A stretch of DNA of 64,000 nucleotides from Chrysomallon squamiferum (GCA_012295275.1 CM022677.1:16058001-16122000), one strand, 5' to 3'. Positions 31,091 to 46,668 are shown, numbered from the stretch's first letter. A program made the numbers and translations. Notes: generated by a model not told the origin, from the sequence alone.

Positions 31091-31721
31091 AAGATCATAA
31101 AAAGAAGAAGTAAAAGAAGAAATCGAACACATAAAAAACCCATTCAGATCACAGCTATCTTTTTTTCTTATTTTTCTCCGAACGTCTGTCGTATTCCCGT
31201 GTCTGTCGGTTTGTGTGTATAATATATCAGTTATCTTTCTCCTCAAACCGAATTACATCCCATTACCGAGCTCTGGATAGCGTCAAAAAAACAATTAAAA
31301 AAAAACAAAAACAAATGCAATTATTTTGTATTTTTTTTTTTTTTTTTTTTAATTTAAAATCGATCCGTTACCATTTCAATTCCCAGAATGAATTTATAAA
31401 ATCTCCCAGACTTCCGGTTCATCTACGAAAAACGTGAGATTGCTGTAGTGAGGAACAGAGGAATTTCTGAAGAATGATACTTCATTGTTGTCGGCATAAT
31501 CATCATCATTATTATCATCATCTTCTTCTTCTTCTTTGTTTTGTTTTTATTTGTTGTTGTTATTCCTGCTCTTTTTATTCTCCTTCTTTCCATAATATTT
31601 ATGTTAGGTAAAACAACAACAACAGTAACAACAACATCACCAGTAGATGTGATTCTCTCTCTCTCTCTCTCATTTTCTGTCTATTTCATTCGTCTTCTCT
31701 TTCTCTCTCATTCGTTTTCAT

Positions 31722-31887
<166 letters not shown>

Positions 31888-32001
31888 TCTTTCTCTGTCT
31901 CTCTCTCTGTTCTCTTTCTTTTTCACTCTCTCTCTCTCTCTCTGTTCTCTTTCTTTTTCACTCTCTCTATATCTCTTATACTCTGACATTCTCTCTTTCT
32001 T

Positions 32002-32085
<84 letters not shown>

Positions 32086-32763
32086 TATCCCTCCCTCTCT
32101 CTCAAACCAAAATAACAGCAATTTACACGAGAACTTAACAAATTCAGAAAGTTTCTCATTCACGTTCACAAAGCGCTCTTTTTCTCGCCAGTTATTTCTT
32201 AATTTAACACCACAAAACTTCGGTCCATCTGAAACCCGCTGCTTGAACGCAAATCTTCGAGCGTTTTAATACGAGTTAAAACTGAAATATGTCACCTTCA
32301 GTCATTTTTACACTTTCAGAGTACTGAATCAGCGACGATTCTCAGAATTTTAAAAATGAGGTGACGATTGTTTTTAGAATTTGTATAAAATTAATAGTAT
32401 AGTATCTAGAAGGGACGAAGATTTTAATAGGGGGGGGGGGGGGGGTGGGGGAATGATAAGGAATCACAAGTACAATATATAGGAGAAACGATAATTTTAG
32501 AAAGAGGTATAAACTGTATATGTTTGTATTTTTGTATGTTGTTGTCCTATATATCTGTCTATTTACAAGGGGGTACAAACGTAGGTATACAATAGTATTA
32601 CATCAGTGAGTTTATTAGTTGGACTCACTTTTATTATTTTGAGTCTCATTAACCATATTTTATTTATATATAATAAAAATGCATGTATTTTTATATTAGC
32701 TTTTTTGTTTGAATAATAAATGTTTTCTTTTTTCATAACTGTATACCTACTTTTGCACTCCCC

Positions 32764-32794
<31 letters not shown>

Positions 32795-32990
32795 GCTATG
32801 TCTATATCTATCTATCTATCTAGCTATCTGTGTCTATCTATCTATATCCATATCTATCTAATTATCTATCTGTCTATATATCTATATCTCTATCTATCTA
32901 TTTATCTATATCTAAATCTATATCTATCTATCTATCTATCTATATCTATCTATCTATCTACATCTATCTTTCTATCTATCTATCTATCTC

Positions 32991-33098
<108 letters not shown>

Positions 33099-33128
33099 CA
33101 TCTATCTTTCTATCTATCTATCTATCTC

Positions 33129-33188
<60 letters not shown>

Positions 33189-33523
33189 CCTATTATCCGC
33201 TGTTATATTACTTAAACCACAGATTTCTCTGTATTAAAAATATGCCGATTTTTCTCTCAATTGATATTGTTATTGTTTGACCGTTTGACCCATTGCCGTT
33301 TCTAAGCGCTTCCTGCGTCTAATGCAATATTAATTATTTGAAATTAGAATAGCTGGAAAAAGCCGCGGTATAAATGGATGTTGAAATAAATAATAAATGA
33401 GAATGTGTATTAGTGGACTGGGAATAAAAAAAAAATACTAGGACTAGATGAGAGATGTTAATAAAAAAAAAAAAAAAAAAAAATAAATAAAAATAACTGA
33501 ATAGAACAAAGAAAAATATGTTA

Positions 33524-33572
<49 letters not shown>

Positions 33573-34419
33573 GTGCGTATCGAATCAAACAGAAAATTGC
33601 ACACGAAACATAAATGCACATACATTAACATTTAGTTGCACACACACACACTAATAACAGCTTAAATGCGCACACAGATAAATAGAAGCATATATCGTAA
33701 AAACTCTCTGCTCATATCAGTTCTGAAACATGTATATGTGTATGAGTGTGAGTAAGTGTGTGTATGTGTGTGTGTGTGTATCTGTATGTGTGTGTGTGTA
33801 TCTGTGTGTGCGTGTATGTGTATGTCTGAGTGTGCGTGTGTGTGTATGATTGTGTCACAGATACAAGACAGTAATTTTCGCTCGCTTGTCACTTTACCTA
33901 GTTTCATCTCAAACCGAGTCACGTCGCCGGTGTTGAGTTGAAATCTTCTCACATCGCCAGCACATTACGTCGTGTTTAACAACGCAGCTGTCGTTAATGG
34001 AACATTTTACAGCTTCGGGGAATTAAACCAACACAGAGCTGGGTTGTTTTTCAATGAGACGCTGACAGAGAAACAGATACACGTACATACATATATACAC
34101 ATACACATACATGCATAGATACGTACGTACGTACGTACATACATACATACATACATATATACATACATACATACATGTATACATACATATATTGATACAT
34201 TATATACATACATATATACATACAGACAGACAGGCGGAGAGACAGACAAAGACAGATAGAGAACCATAGATACTAACACACACATATATATATATATATG
34301 TATATATACACACACATACACACACATAGATATATAGATACACATATTCATAGGCACACATACACAAGCACGCATACATACATATACAGAGTCTATTATA
34401 AAGAAAAAATATATACACT

Positions 34420-34541
<122 letters not shown>

Positions 34542-35512
34542 AACACAACGACAAAGAAGCAATAACAAGATAAAGAAGACATCAATGACTATTTTGCAGA
34601 AAGTGAGACGTCCCTTTAAACGGGGGGAGAGCGGTAAAGGGGGAGCTATCTTACATGTTATTTAACTGCGCTATCACAGCGCTGTAACACGCTGAACAGT
34701 AATGACAATAACGATTCCTCTTTCATTTATTTTTTTTTCTTCTTTTTTTTCCTTAGTATTGAAAGACAAACTGCAATTCACTGAAGTATCATTAAACGAA
34801 GGCTCTTTGTTTTTTAATAGCCGTCATAAAACCAGTGTTTAAATGACATTCCAAAACTACGGAAGACCATTCGAGTCAAGAGTTAACATAAACGTTTTCT
34901 CTTTCTGTAGCTGTAGATGTCGCAGTTGTTAGATAGACGTCTCAGCATGTTTGTTTCATTACAACTTCCGGTCTTGCGCTGTCCTCTGCCAGATGACTCT
35001 TTCCTGTACAAATCTAGTTCATCCTATCATTTTCCTCGTGATTTTTTGTTTTTTCTAGAACATTCTTCTTTAGTATGTGGACGTTTCCAAGATGCGGTTA
35101 AGAGTATTGTATTTATTAAATATGCTTTCTAACTCACTTAGAGTAATAATGATTAAATTGTTAAAAAGTATTTTGTTAAATATTATATTACATCCCAAAA
35201 TTTTTTTTTTTTTTTTTTTCTTATAATTGTCTAGCTTGTTCATAATGTAATTCGACAATAAAACGTACGTACTTATTATAAAAGAACAATTTACCTGAAT
35301 TATGGTGTCATATGTTTAACAATGCCAGTAACTAACTACTACACAGCGAATATTTATTTTTATCCGAACTTGGTCATACTATACAATAATGTCTGAGAAA
35401 TGTAATATCCATGTTAAAATATTTATGTATTTCAGCACAAGTTTATTTTGATATGCGTTTAAATGTTTTCATGTATCATAATTATTGATTAATTTTATAT
35501 ATACATATATAA

Positions 35513-35545
<33 letters not shown>

Positions 35546-35962
35546 GTGTGTATGTATATTTACACTATATATGTATGTGTGCATGTGTGTGATCGCTTTC
35601 TCTCTCTCCATCTGTCCAACTATTTATCTACCTATTTAATACACTCTTTCCTACACAGTAACGAACACACGCACGCACGCACGCACACACGCACATAAAC
35701 TTCCATACATAATCACACGCACACAAAAACTCCATTATATACACATCATTTACGAAATATGACCCGAATGGTCTACCATACAAAAACACTAAGAAAACAC
35801 ATTTTTTAACTGATGTTCTTCGCCTCTGTAGCGTTCACGAAATCGTTTCAAAATCGCTATTACAAAAATTGCCTCGTTTTGAACGATTTAACTCTAAAAG
35901 GGGAGTAAACACACACACACACACAGACACACACAGACAGAGCCGGTAAACAGTTCAATACT

Positions 35963-35976
35963 CTGCCAGAGGGCGC
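35963..35976 (+). promoter_or_regulatory. CTCF-like motif (forward)
   Basis: CTGCCAGAGGGCGC matches the core CCRSYAGRKGGCRS at 13/14. Confidence 0.45.
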
Positions 35977-36949
35977 TGCGATTATGACAGGGGTAATTGC
36001 GTGTTTCCGACGACCGTTACATGACAGCGTAAAAGCGGGGAAGACGTAGTTGCTGTCGAAACAGTAATTAACGACGGACGACAACGGTTGTGTGATGGGG
36101 GAACGTTCCCACGGTAGGCGTGCTTGGACTCTTTTGGATGAATGACGGCAGGAGAAGTGTTTATAAGATGGGTTGTCGAAAACTCTCTGTATGCAAAGCT
36201 GATCCCAGTGAAATATTTTCTTGAATACGTTTTGTTCTCTTTCAGAAGTAGGATTAAATAGACTGTACTAATGTACCCACCCGTAACTATTTTATAGCAA
36301 AGAAAAAATAAATAATGCCACCACCACAACTACAACCATCACTACCACTACAACTACCACTACAACCATCACTACCACTACAACTACAACTACTACCATC
36401 ACTACCACTACAACTACTACTACTATGACTACTTATTACAACCTCTACTACCATTACTACTGCTACTACTACAACAACAACTACTACTACTACTACTACT
36501 ACTGCTGCTGCTATTGCTGCTGCTGCTACTACTAGTACTACTACCAACTGCTGTGACTACTACTACTACTACTACTTCTACGACTACTACTACTACTTCT
36601 ACGACTACAACTACTACTGCTGCTGCTGCTACTAATACTAGTACTACTACCAGCACTGCTGTGACTACTACTATGACTACTACTTCTACGACTGCTACTA
36701 CTACTACTACTACTTCTACTACTACTACTACTACTACTGAGAATACTCCAGCTGTTACTACCACAACAACAACAATTACTATAACAATCTATTACTAGTC
36801 CCACCACTGTATATCTCTACTAAGAACAATAATAACAACAGCTGCTGCCGCTACTACTACTACTACCACCACCACCACGACTACGACTACTACTCCATAC
36901 GATAAACTATTAGCATTAAATACGCCGAGTTATCGGTAAACAAAATTAT

Positions 36950-37570
36950 GACGTTGCGGTCATCTCCGCCGGACCAAACATCGAGGTCAGGTCAAGCCAA
37001 TTTATTCCCTCCGCCGCGAAAGCGCGGGAAAATCCTCTAGAGGCCAGTCAGTCATTGCGCGTGCCGCGGACGAGAGCGAGGCTCGCGTGACAATATTTCG
37101 TCGCCGTCCGTCCACTTTTCTCTCTGGTTTAATTTGATTTTCTCATTAAAAAAAAAAAAAAAAAAAAAATCACGTTGGTCAAAGCGAGAGAGAGCGAGAT
37201 CTCTGTCTCGTGTCGGTGACCCTAGGGGGGGAGGCGGGGTCAAAAGGTCACGTTGCTCGTCCGACTTCGCACGTGCCGTGATAAGCGATGAGATAAGAAA
37301 CACAATTCCAGTTGGTTTATGGGGGTATCTTAATAAACATAGATCAGATTGTATACAACACACACTGCTGCTACACACACCGCTTCACGGAAAACATTAA
37401 GATCAATAACCATGGGCGTACGCATGCGCAAACGGAACACTCTTGGTTCTTTCGGGAAAACTTACGAGAAGAACGTACGTACGTACGTACGGACGGACGG
37501 ATGATGGTCGGATGTTCGGCGTTACAAATCGTGATAGTGATATATAAAATAATAATAGTGACGTCGTAAC
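36950..37570. promoter_or_regulatory. CpG-rich intronic regulatory island
   Basis: Sharp CpG/GC enrichment. Motifs: E2F-like GCGCGGGAAAA (37022-37032), CCAAT (36997), GC-box GGAGGCGGGG, DR2 GGGTCA-AA-AGGTCA (37237-37250) and NRF1-like CGCATGCGCA (37421-37430). Confidence 0.5.
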
Positions 37571-38666
37571 AGCAGTAATGGTTGTTTTAGAAGTGTTATG
37601 CCGTAAGCATGTATTAATGAATATCCAAAACGTTGTTGCCTACATAATCGACATTAAGATGTTCAGTTGCTCAAGATATATATAACAAAAAATCATGGTA
37701 GAATATCTAAGTAAGAACATCATCAGCAACAAATAGCAACGACAGCACACACAATAATAATAATAATAATAATAGCAAGAACAACAGTATTAGCAGTAGT
37801 AGTAATTGTAGCACTAGTAGTAACGATGATGATGATGATAATAATAACTAATAATAATGATGATGATGATAGTACTACTACAACAACTACATCTACTATT
37901 GTTTCTGTTTCTACTACAACTACCACCATTATTACTAAATTTGTCCCAGCATCACAAATTATAAGGGCTAACTTCTTTCAAAGTGTATTTCATTCAGTCT
38001 GTCACACATATTTATTAAACTACAGACAAAAATCTGTTAAACAAAAATCACCACGAATATTTAGCTCGCCTGCCTAGGTTTGACAGATTCTCAGAGTAAC
38101 GCTTAGATTAGCACGTGCTTTATGAAAACTGCGAGAAGAACGTGCTAACTCTGGCCCTAGATGACCAAAGCCTAACGTACCAAGCTACGTCACGCGGTTT
38201 AACATCATCAGAACGACAACGGTAACAACAACGACAACAACGTCGTAAATGTAGCAAAAAAACCCACCCAAAAACCCAATAAATAAAAAAAAATAAAAAA
38301 TAAAAAATAATAATTAAATAAAAAAATAAAAAAATAAAATAAAACAAACAAAATAACAACAACAACAACAATGTCGTACAGCTCAGCAAAAAAACAATAA
38401 CAACGTCGTACACGTCAGCAAAAAAATCACAACAACTACCCAGATGTTGAGAAATGATGATATTGTGAGTCTGGTGTTGTGAATGTCGTTCTGCACTAAA
38501 CAGCAGCTGAATTTGTCCTCATTTGCATATTGATGCAGTTACAGCTAAAACGAAGTGATTAGCATATTGACAAACCATTATCAGTCGTAGTAGCAGTAGT
38601 AGCTGCATTTGTATAAACAACCGGAATTACGTTAGATCAGCTTTAACAGTCTGTTAGAGAGAGAGG

Positions 38667-38773
<107 letters not shown>

Positions 38774-38905
38774 GTATACAGTGGTTATATAGATGGTATA
38801 TGTATGTATGCGTGTGTGTGTGTGCGTTTGTGTGTGTGGGTGTGTGTGTGTGTGTGGAAAGAGAGAAAGAGCAATGTATAGAAATAGTATATCTATCTAT
38901 CTATG

Positions 38906-38938
<33 letters not shown>

Positions 38939-38987
38939 TTATATATATATATATGTCTTGTACATATGGTGTATTCTGTCCATGGCA

Positions 38988-39046
<59 letters not shown>

Positions 39047-39535
39047 GAGTAATAAGTCAGAAATCAAATGAATCGATAGTTTGTTCTCAAGTTATTTGTC
39101 AGTCTATTAATCCCAACCTCGAGTGCATTCTCAAGGACTCTTGGAATGCAAAGATAACCAACAATTCATTCATACTTGCAAGACGTTTTAAACATACATA
39201 TCTATGTCTTTGTTATGGTAATTTGTTTGTTTATTTGTTTACGTGTCTGAATAATAATTGTTTTCTTGTATCATTTATACAAGCGTGTAGAACTTTGACT
39301 GTCTTAAATGTAATATAAATTATAAGTCATAAATATTCCTTTGAGATAAAATGAAAAAACATAATAGTTACTGGAACGTAGCTAAAAATGACAATCTATT
39401 GTTATTACGTCATATTATTGTTGACGTCATTTAGCTCAGGTTGTAGCCACATAAAAAGGTATTGGTAGTATTAACTGTAGAAATTAAATGTAAATATTTA
39501 CAGTGAACAAACAGAACAAGCAAACAAATAAACAA

Positions 39536-39607
<72 letters not shown>

Positions 39608-40157
39608 CATGATGATGATGATGATGATAATAATAATAAATAAAGAAAGAAAGAAAGAAAGAAAAAGAACACTACAAACAAACAAATAATTTTGATAATC
39701 ATTGTTGTCTTTTTCTTCTTGGTCTTCTTCTTCTTCTTCTTCTTCTGCTCCAATTTCTCCTTCTTCTTATAATTCGTTATCATCATCAACATCATCGTAT
39801 TCTTCTTCTTCTCCTATTTTTTCTTCTTTTTTTCCTCCAACTTCTTCTCGTTATACTACATCATCATCAGCAGCACCATCAACATCTTATCCTTCTTCTT
39901 CTTCTCCGATTTCATCTTCTATTTCATCCTCATCATCATCATCATCTTCTTCGTCATCCTCTCCTATTTCTTCTTCGTTTTCTCCTCCAACTTCTTCTCC
40001 TTATACTACATCCTCATCATTATCATCATCATCATCATCATCTTCTTCTTCTTTTTCTACTCCAACTTCTTCTCCTTATACTACTACATCATCATCATCA
40101 TCAACATTATCTTCTTCTTCTTCTTCTTCTGACTCTATCTCTCTGCCGTCCTTTCAG

Positions 40158-40363
40158 ACGAGGTGGACGTGTTTTTCGGACCGTGCTGCGACTACGCCGC
40201 TGCTCCGATCGCTCGACAGACGCCGTACTGGAACAGGCCGATGTTGACGGCGGGTGCGATGGCCAGGGACTTCGGGATAGTGAAGAAGAACATGTTTCAG
40301 CTGCTGACCAGGGTGGGGCCGATCTTCAACTCCCTGGTGGACATGTTCATTCAAACCATGCAG
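40158..40363 (+). CDS. NPR-like / receptor guanylyl cyclase family protein, coding exon 2
   Basis: EVDVFFGPCCDYAAAPIARQTPYWNRPMLTAGAMARDFG...LLTRVGP matches the ANF_receptor hallmark GPxCxYAAAPxxR...W..PMLxAGA. Acceptor TTTCAG ends at 40157; donor CAG|GTACGA, phase 0. Confidence 0.95.
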
Positions 40364-40556
40364 GTACGAAGTACTGACAGCATGACATATATTAGTGCTG
40401 TTGTTGTTGTTGTTGATATTGTTATTACTGTTGTTACTGTTGTTGTTGTTGCTTACGATGTTGTTGTTGCTAACATTATTGTTGTTGTTGTTGTTGTAGT
40501 GGTGGCTGTTGCTGTTATTGTTATTATTATTTTCGTTGTTACCACTACCACTACCA

Positions 40557-40594
<38 letters not shown>

Positions 40595-40608
40595 GCTGCT
40601 GCTACTAG

Positions 40609-40643
<35 letters not shown>

Positions 40644-41078
40644 TTACTACTACTACTACTACTACTATTACTACTACTACTACTACTCTACTATTACTAC
40701 TACTGCTGCTACTAGTACTACTACTACTGCTACTATTACTACTACTACTACTGCTACTACTACTACTGCTGCTGCTGCTACTACTACTACTGCTACTACT
40801 ACTACTACTACTACTACTACTGCTACTACTACTACTATTATTATTATTATTATTATAGTTATTGCTATTTTTTATACTATTGTTACTATTACTACATTTG
40901 TTGTTCTTGTTGTTGCTGTAGTGATAACAGTCGTTTTAGTAGAAGCAGCAGCAGTAGTAGTAGTAGTAGTAGAAGTAATAGTAATAATAATAATAATAAT
41001 AATAACAATAATAATAATAATAATAATAATAAAAACAATAACAACAATAATAATAATTTGACGTATTTTCTACTTCAG
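40364..41078 (+). other. Intron 2 (715 nt), almost wholly trinucleotide repeats
   Basis: GTACGA...TTTTCTACTTCAG; the phase-0 junction reads TMQ-KFKWGKV. Confidence 0.9.
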
Positions 41079-41283
41079 AAATTTAAATGGGGAAAAGTAA
41101 ACTTGATCTATGACCCGGATGCAAACGACCACATCGTAGACCGGTACTGTCACATCGTCATTGAAGGCATCCATCACGGAATACGTACTGAAGGGCGTAA
41201 CATCACACAGCATTACGTCAAGTTCCACAAACAAAGGCACATGCTAAACAACCTGAAGTACATCATTGGACTAGAGTTTGCAG
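41079..41283 (+). CDS. NPR-like / receptor guanylyl cyclase family protein, coding exon 3
   Basis: KFKWGKVNLIYDPD...RYCHIVIEGIHHG fits the FxW..V.LIYD...C pattern that follows TRxGP in ANF_receptor domains. Donor CAG|GTAGGT at 41284, phase 1. Confidence 0.92.
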
Positions 41284-41554
41284 GTAGGTCTAATTCTCCG
41301 TTATGTTATGTTATGTTGTGTTATATTTGATATGTTGTGCTATATTATGTTATGTTATATTATATTATATTGTATTATATTATATTATATTATATTATAT
41401 TGCTTATACAACAAACACACACATCCACACACACACACACACACACACACAAACTCACATACTAACAATCTCTTGTGATGGAAACGTGATTATGTGCTAC
41501 CGTAACTTTAAAAGCTAATACAAATAACACTAACCTACACTGATTAATGATCTT

Positions 41555-41692
<138 letters not shown>

Positions 41693-41884
41693 TCTCTCTG
41701 CTTTTTTCTCTGTCTGTTTTTCTTTTATACACGAGAAGTTTTTATGTAACCGAATCCTTCAACTGTCAAGCTTTCTTTTGAATGCACGTCCTCCTTGTTT
41801 GACCCTTTCATTTGTGTATTATAACAGCGTAATCGATTTAAACTGGTGACATTTTACTAACACTCGTCTCAGATTTAATCAGCG

Positions 41885-41916
<32 letters not shown>

Positions 41917-41949
41917 ATCACCACGTAATGTACAAATCGGCTGCATTTG

Positions 41950-41980
<31 letters not shown>

Positions 41981-42408
41981 CTTTAATTTTAAATTTTTTT
42001 TTTTCTTCAAAAAAATCTTGTCAAAAGCCTCTTTTTCTTTCACATACGCTTCTTAATGACAGGTGAAAAATAAAATAAAATCCGCGATTTAGTGAAAAGA
42101 AAGATTAAGTTAAAATGCCACGGACGCTAAAGAATACTTCATCGCGAACGTGCTCGCTGTTTTCCGCCTCCAGTCGTATGTTGTCGACTCTGTGATTAGT
42201 CTCGATTGCCTCGAGGCTTCGCTTGTGAAACTGAGTGTGCAAACTCCATCTGCAGTCATCCGGTTTTATCGAAACTAAATCATACTAGTTGCAAAATGTA
42301 ATTTTTTTTTATCCCCAGGTGATTAATCTTTGTTAAAGCATAAAGGTTGTGCATGTGATATTTCTGTATATCCGTATATGAAAGTCGAAAGATTTTTATT
42401 TAAGTATA

Positions 42409-42500
<92 letters not shown>

Positions 42501-42969
42501 CTCTCTCTCTCTCCCTCTCTCTCTCCCTCTCTCTCTCTCAGTCTCTCCTTTTGTCTCTTGCCTTCCCGATGCACAATCCAATAGTTACGAAAATAATTCT
42601 ATATATTTATCATTGTGGGGTTTACACTGCAATCAATAGAATCACAGCCATTAAAATATAATTAACGCTGCAGTCCCCAGTTTGACCATCTTCAGAAATA
42701 AACGATTCTGTCTCCATGATTACTAACCAATACCAAAACGAGATCAGAAAATTAATCTTTGTTATTAACTTACTGCCAGGTCATCATAACACTGCGGCCA
42801 ACAATACTGTAATATTCATTCTTAATGCATGGGCTATTTTCAGAAATAATACTGTGTCATAATACGGAGCACATGATATTCATTTCCAAGGCAAAGGGCT
42901 TTCGCGACTATACATAATATTTAGGTTAATTCCGTATATAACGCAGAAGTAAATTTGTATGGTTATTTC

Positions 42970-43101
<132 letters not shown>

Positions 43102-43327
43102 GTATATATATATATATGCTTATTGATGTAGCTGAAAAGAAGTATGAGTAATTATAAAAAAAAATATTTAGAGACACGGAGACAAAAATTATAAACAAAA
43201 ATTAAAGTCTAATTGCATACGCCATAAAATAACGAAATCTCATTTAATAAGACGAAGAGGGAAAAAAAAATAACAAAATGTAATTTTTTAGCACTATCCC
43301 ATACCCACGACGGAGTCTAAACAACGG

Positions 43328-43376
<49 letters not shown>

Positions 43377-43400
43377 TAACAATAATAATAATAATAATCA

Positions 43401-43480
43401 AACTCGCGCGCCATATTTATTTTGATTGGCTCGCACGCACGTAGATTGACCGGAAATATAATCACGTCGTGTCCACTGGT
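43401..43480. promoter_or_regulatory. Promoter-like motif cluster in intron 3
   Basis: CGCGCGCCATATTT (YY1-like), GATTGGC (reverse CCAAT) and ACCGGAAAT (ETS) within 60 bp, CpG-rich. Confidence 0.35.
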
Positions 43481-44043
43481 AATTGTCCTGCAATATCGAG
43501 ACTAAATTGTATTAAGAAGCCATATTGAAAATGTCTGCCGCAGAGCGGAAGAACTCTTCGGCGAAGGAGGAGGAATAATAGACAAATGGCGATTTTAATG
43601 GCTGGACGTTTTGTTTCGACATAAACGTTCTGGACCGTTCTAGATGACGCCTCGCAGTTTTAAATTTGTTTTCAAACCTTGTAAAATGTCGCTGTTTAGT
43701 AAACAGACATATCAGAGTTGAAGGACGGCAAGAGAGAAGAATTTTGGAGTCATTGTGTTGATGATGCGTTTGTGTGAAATGTGAATGTGAATGTTTTTAT
43801 GTCTAGTTATTGCTTTTTAAAATGTATATATATATATGCTTGTTTCTTTCCTGTCAATGTTTATGGTTATGTTTTTGTTTATATGTTAACCTTTCAGGAC
43901 GCTTACCTATTTACTTACCATACATTTGCTAATCTGTGATCTATCCATCCTTTCATCAATCAATTATCCAGTCTTTCCATTTACAGTCATAAACAAATAT
44001 AAAATAAATAAATAGATGAATGAATAATAAGTAAATAAATAAA

Positions 44044-44080
<37 letters not shown>

Positions 44081-44338
44081 AACAATAAATAAATAAATAA
44101 ATAAAATAAAGTGATATAACAACAAGGTACAGTTTTTACCGTTACAGAAAATTTAAGAGAATGATAAAAAAAAGGATATTTGTGCGTATTTCTGTCTACC
44201 AGTGCAAGACAAATACATATTATCTCGGTCACGCCATGTTCTCGTTTTACTGTTTGAAATTCATCAAGAATTTAGCTGACGAAGTGAAAAAATGTAAACT
44301 GCTTAACCTACTCGCACTTAGATCCATTCATCAAGTTT

Positions 44339-44413
<75 letters not shown>

Positions 44414-44529
44414 AAACGGTGAGCCAGTCAATATTTAAATTAAAAATAATAACAAAAGAAAGAAAACAAATAAACCATAAAACAAAAATAACAATAAAAA
44501 ATACACACACACATACACATACTCATCCA

Positions 44530-44572
<43 letters not shown>

Positions 44573-45016
44573 ACACAGACACACAAAATATAATAAATAA
44601 ATAAATAAATAAATAAATAATAAGAATAATAATAATAATAATGACAACAATAACAATAACAGTAATTATTATTATTATTATTATTATTATTTTATGAGTT
44701 TGCGAAATTAATATTGATTTGTTTAAGAATCATAACTATTTATTAAATTTGCTACAAAAAAACTGTTACCCTCAAACAAACAGAAGTTGTTTAGAAAATA
44801 GATTCCTGATTACGTTTGGAAAGCTTTGAATATTCTTTCGAGGAAATAAATAAAACAACCAATATAGAAAGATGAATCAAACAAGGGAGAAATGTAACAA
44901 AAGGAAAACATAAAAAGAAAATACTAATACAAAATATAAAACATCAAACCAGAGAGTGAAATAATATTAAAGAAATGAAAGCAATAATAGAATCAAAGAT
45001 TGACAAAAATATATGC

Positions 45017-45091
<75 letters not shown>

Positions 45092-45166
45092 TACATATGT
45101 CTGAGTATGTATATTTATATATAGATAGATAGATAAATAGATAGATAGACAGACAGATAGATACGC

Positions 45167-45222
<56 letters not shown>

Positions 45223-45746
45223 TCACAGAGACACAAAGATCTACATGCCAACTTAACCTACGTACCTATCTTCATACATAGAGACATACAGACATACAGA
45301 GAAACAGAGAGAACCTTGCAATAAAAGAGAAACATGACAAGAGACAGGAAATATCAGTTTAAATTGAAATGACTAATAAAAAAAAATATGTGAAAGAAAT
45401 AACAGGAAATAAAGAAACTACTGAGAAAATAAAAGGGGCAAGGAATAAAAAGAGGAACACAATAAAACGAAATTGATCAAATATAATCAGAAATGGACTA
45501 TGAAAGAAAGAAAAAAAAATAATAATACGAAGAAATAAAGGAAAAAAAAAAGAAACATAAGAGAGAACAAAAAAGAAAATTGATCATAAAAAGATTAAAG
45601 AAGAAAAAATATATATATATTTTTTTAAATGAAAGACAAATGCGAATAGCCACATGAAAAGAAATGAAATAATAATAATAAGAATAACAATAATAACAAT
45701 AATAATGATGATAATAACAATAACAATAATAACAATAATAATGATG

Positions 45747-45784
<38 letters not shown>

Positions 45785-45930
45785 CAGAAGAAGAATAGTC
45801 ATACAGCTCCATAATTTATAAGTAAAATGAATTTATACCTTATTGGAATTTAGAACTTATACGAAAGTAAGAAAGTAAATTAAAGAAAGAGAGAAAAAAA
45901 AAATAAGAGTAAAATAAATCAATAAACAAA

Positions 45931-45962
<32 letters not shown>

Positions 45963-46489
45963 AAGAAAATAATTAAATAAATAAACAAATAATCTAAAAA
46001 ATTAAAGAAAAAATAAAAGAAAGAAAGAAAAAAAGAAATAAAACAACAAAATACACAAACAACCAAACACCACAAAAGCGAAACGAAAATTGAATACCGA
46101 AATTGAGAAACGGAATTTAAAAAGCACATGAAAAATAATCGCTATTTCTATAATTACTGGCGAATACTCGAAATCTCTTGAGTCGAATTAATATTTCGTG
46201 TTGTTCTCTATTAAGTAATATTTAATAATATTTCCTCAATAAATCATAGTAATGTCCATAACAACGACATTAGCAATTTTTTCGTTTTCGTTTTTGTCTC
46301 TGTAAATCATTTAAACTAGATTTCTAGGATTTTATGTAAAAAAGGATATTTGTAACTGGCTTCAGTTAAAGATTCGTTAAACATTATTTATTTATTTATT
46401 TGTTAACGTAACGTGTTTGTTTATTAAAATATTTAATTTTCTCTATTTGTGCTTTCATCTCTCTGTCTTTCTGTCTATCTATCGTTCTA

Positions 46490-46588
<99 letters not shown>

Positions 46589-46601
46589 GTCTGTCTATCT
46601 G

Positions 46602-46668
<67 letters not shown>

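Noticed and set aside
39702-40157. Ser-rich ORF upstream of exon 2
   Set aside because: A (TCT/TCA)n tract with short local duplications, in a different frame from the receptor exon.
40364-40858. Exon 2 frame stays open into intron 2, giving a V/T/L-rich, TM-like tail
   Set aside because: Explained by stop-free GTT/ACT/CTA repeats. A good donor and an in-phase exon 3 exist, and there is no evidence of intron retention.
42160-42330. Acceptor-like sites (CCTCCAG, ATCCCCAG) as receptor exon 4
   Set aside because: Phase-1 continuation gives VVCCRLCD* and GD*, with no family similarity.
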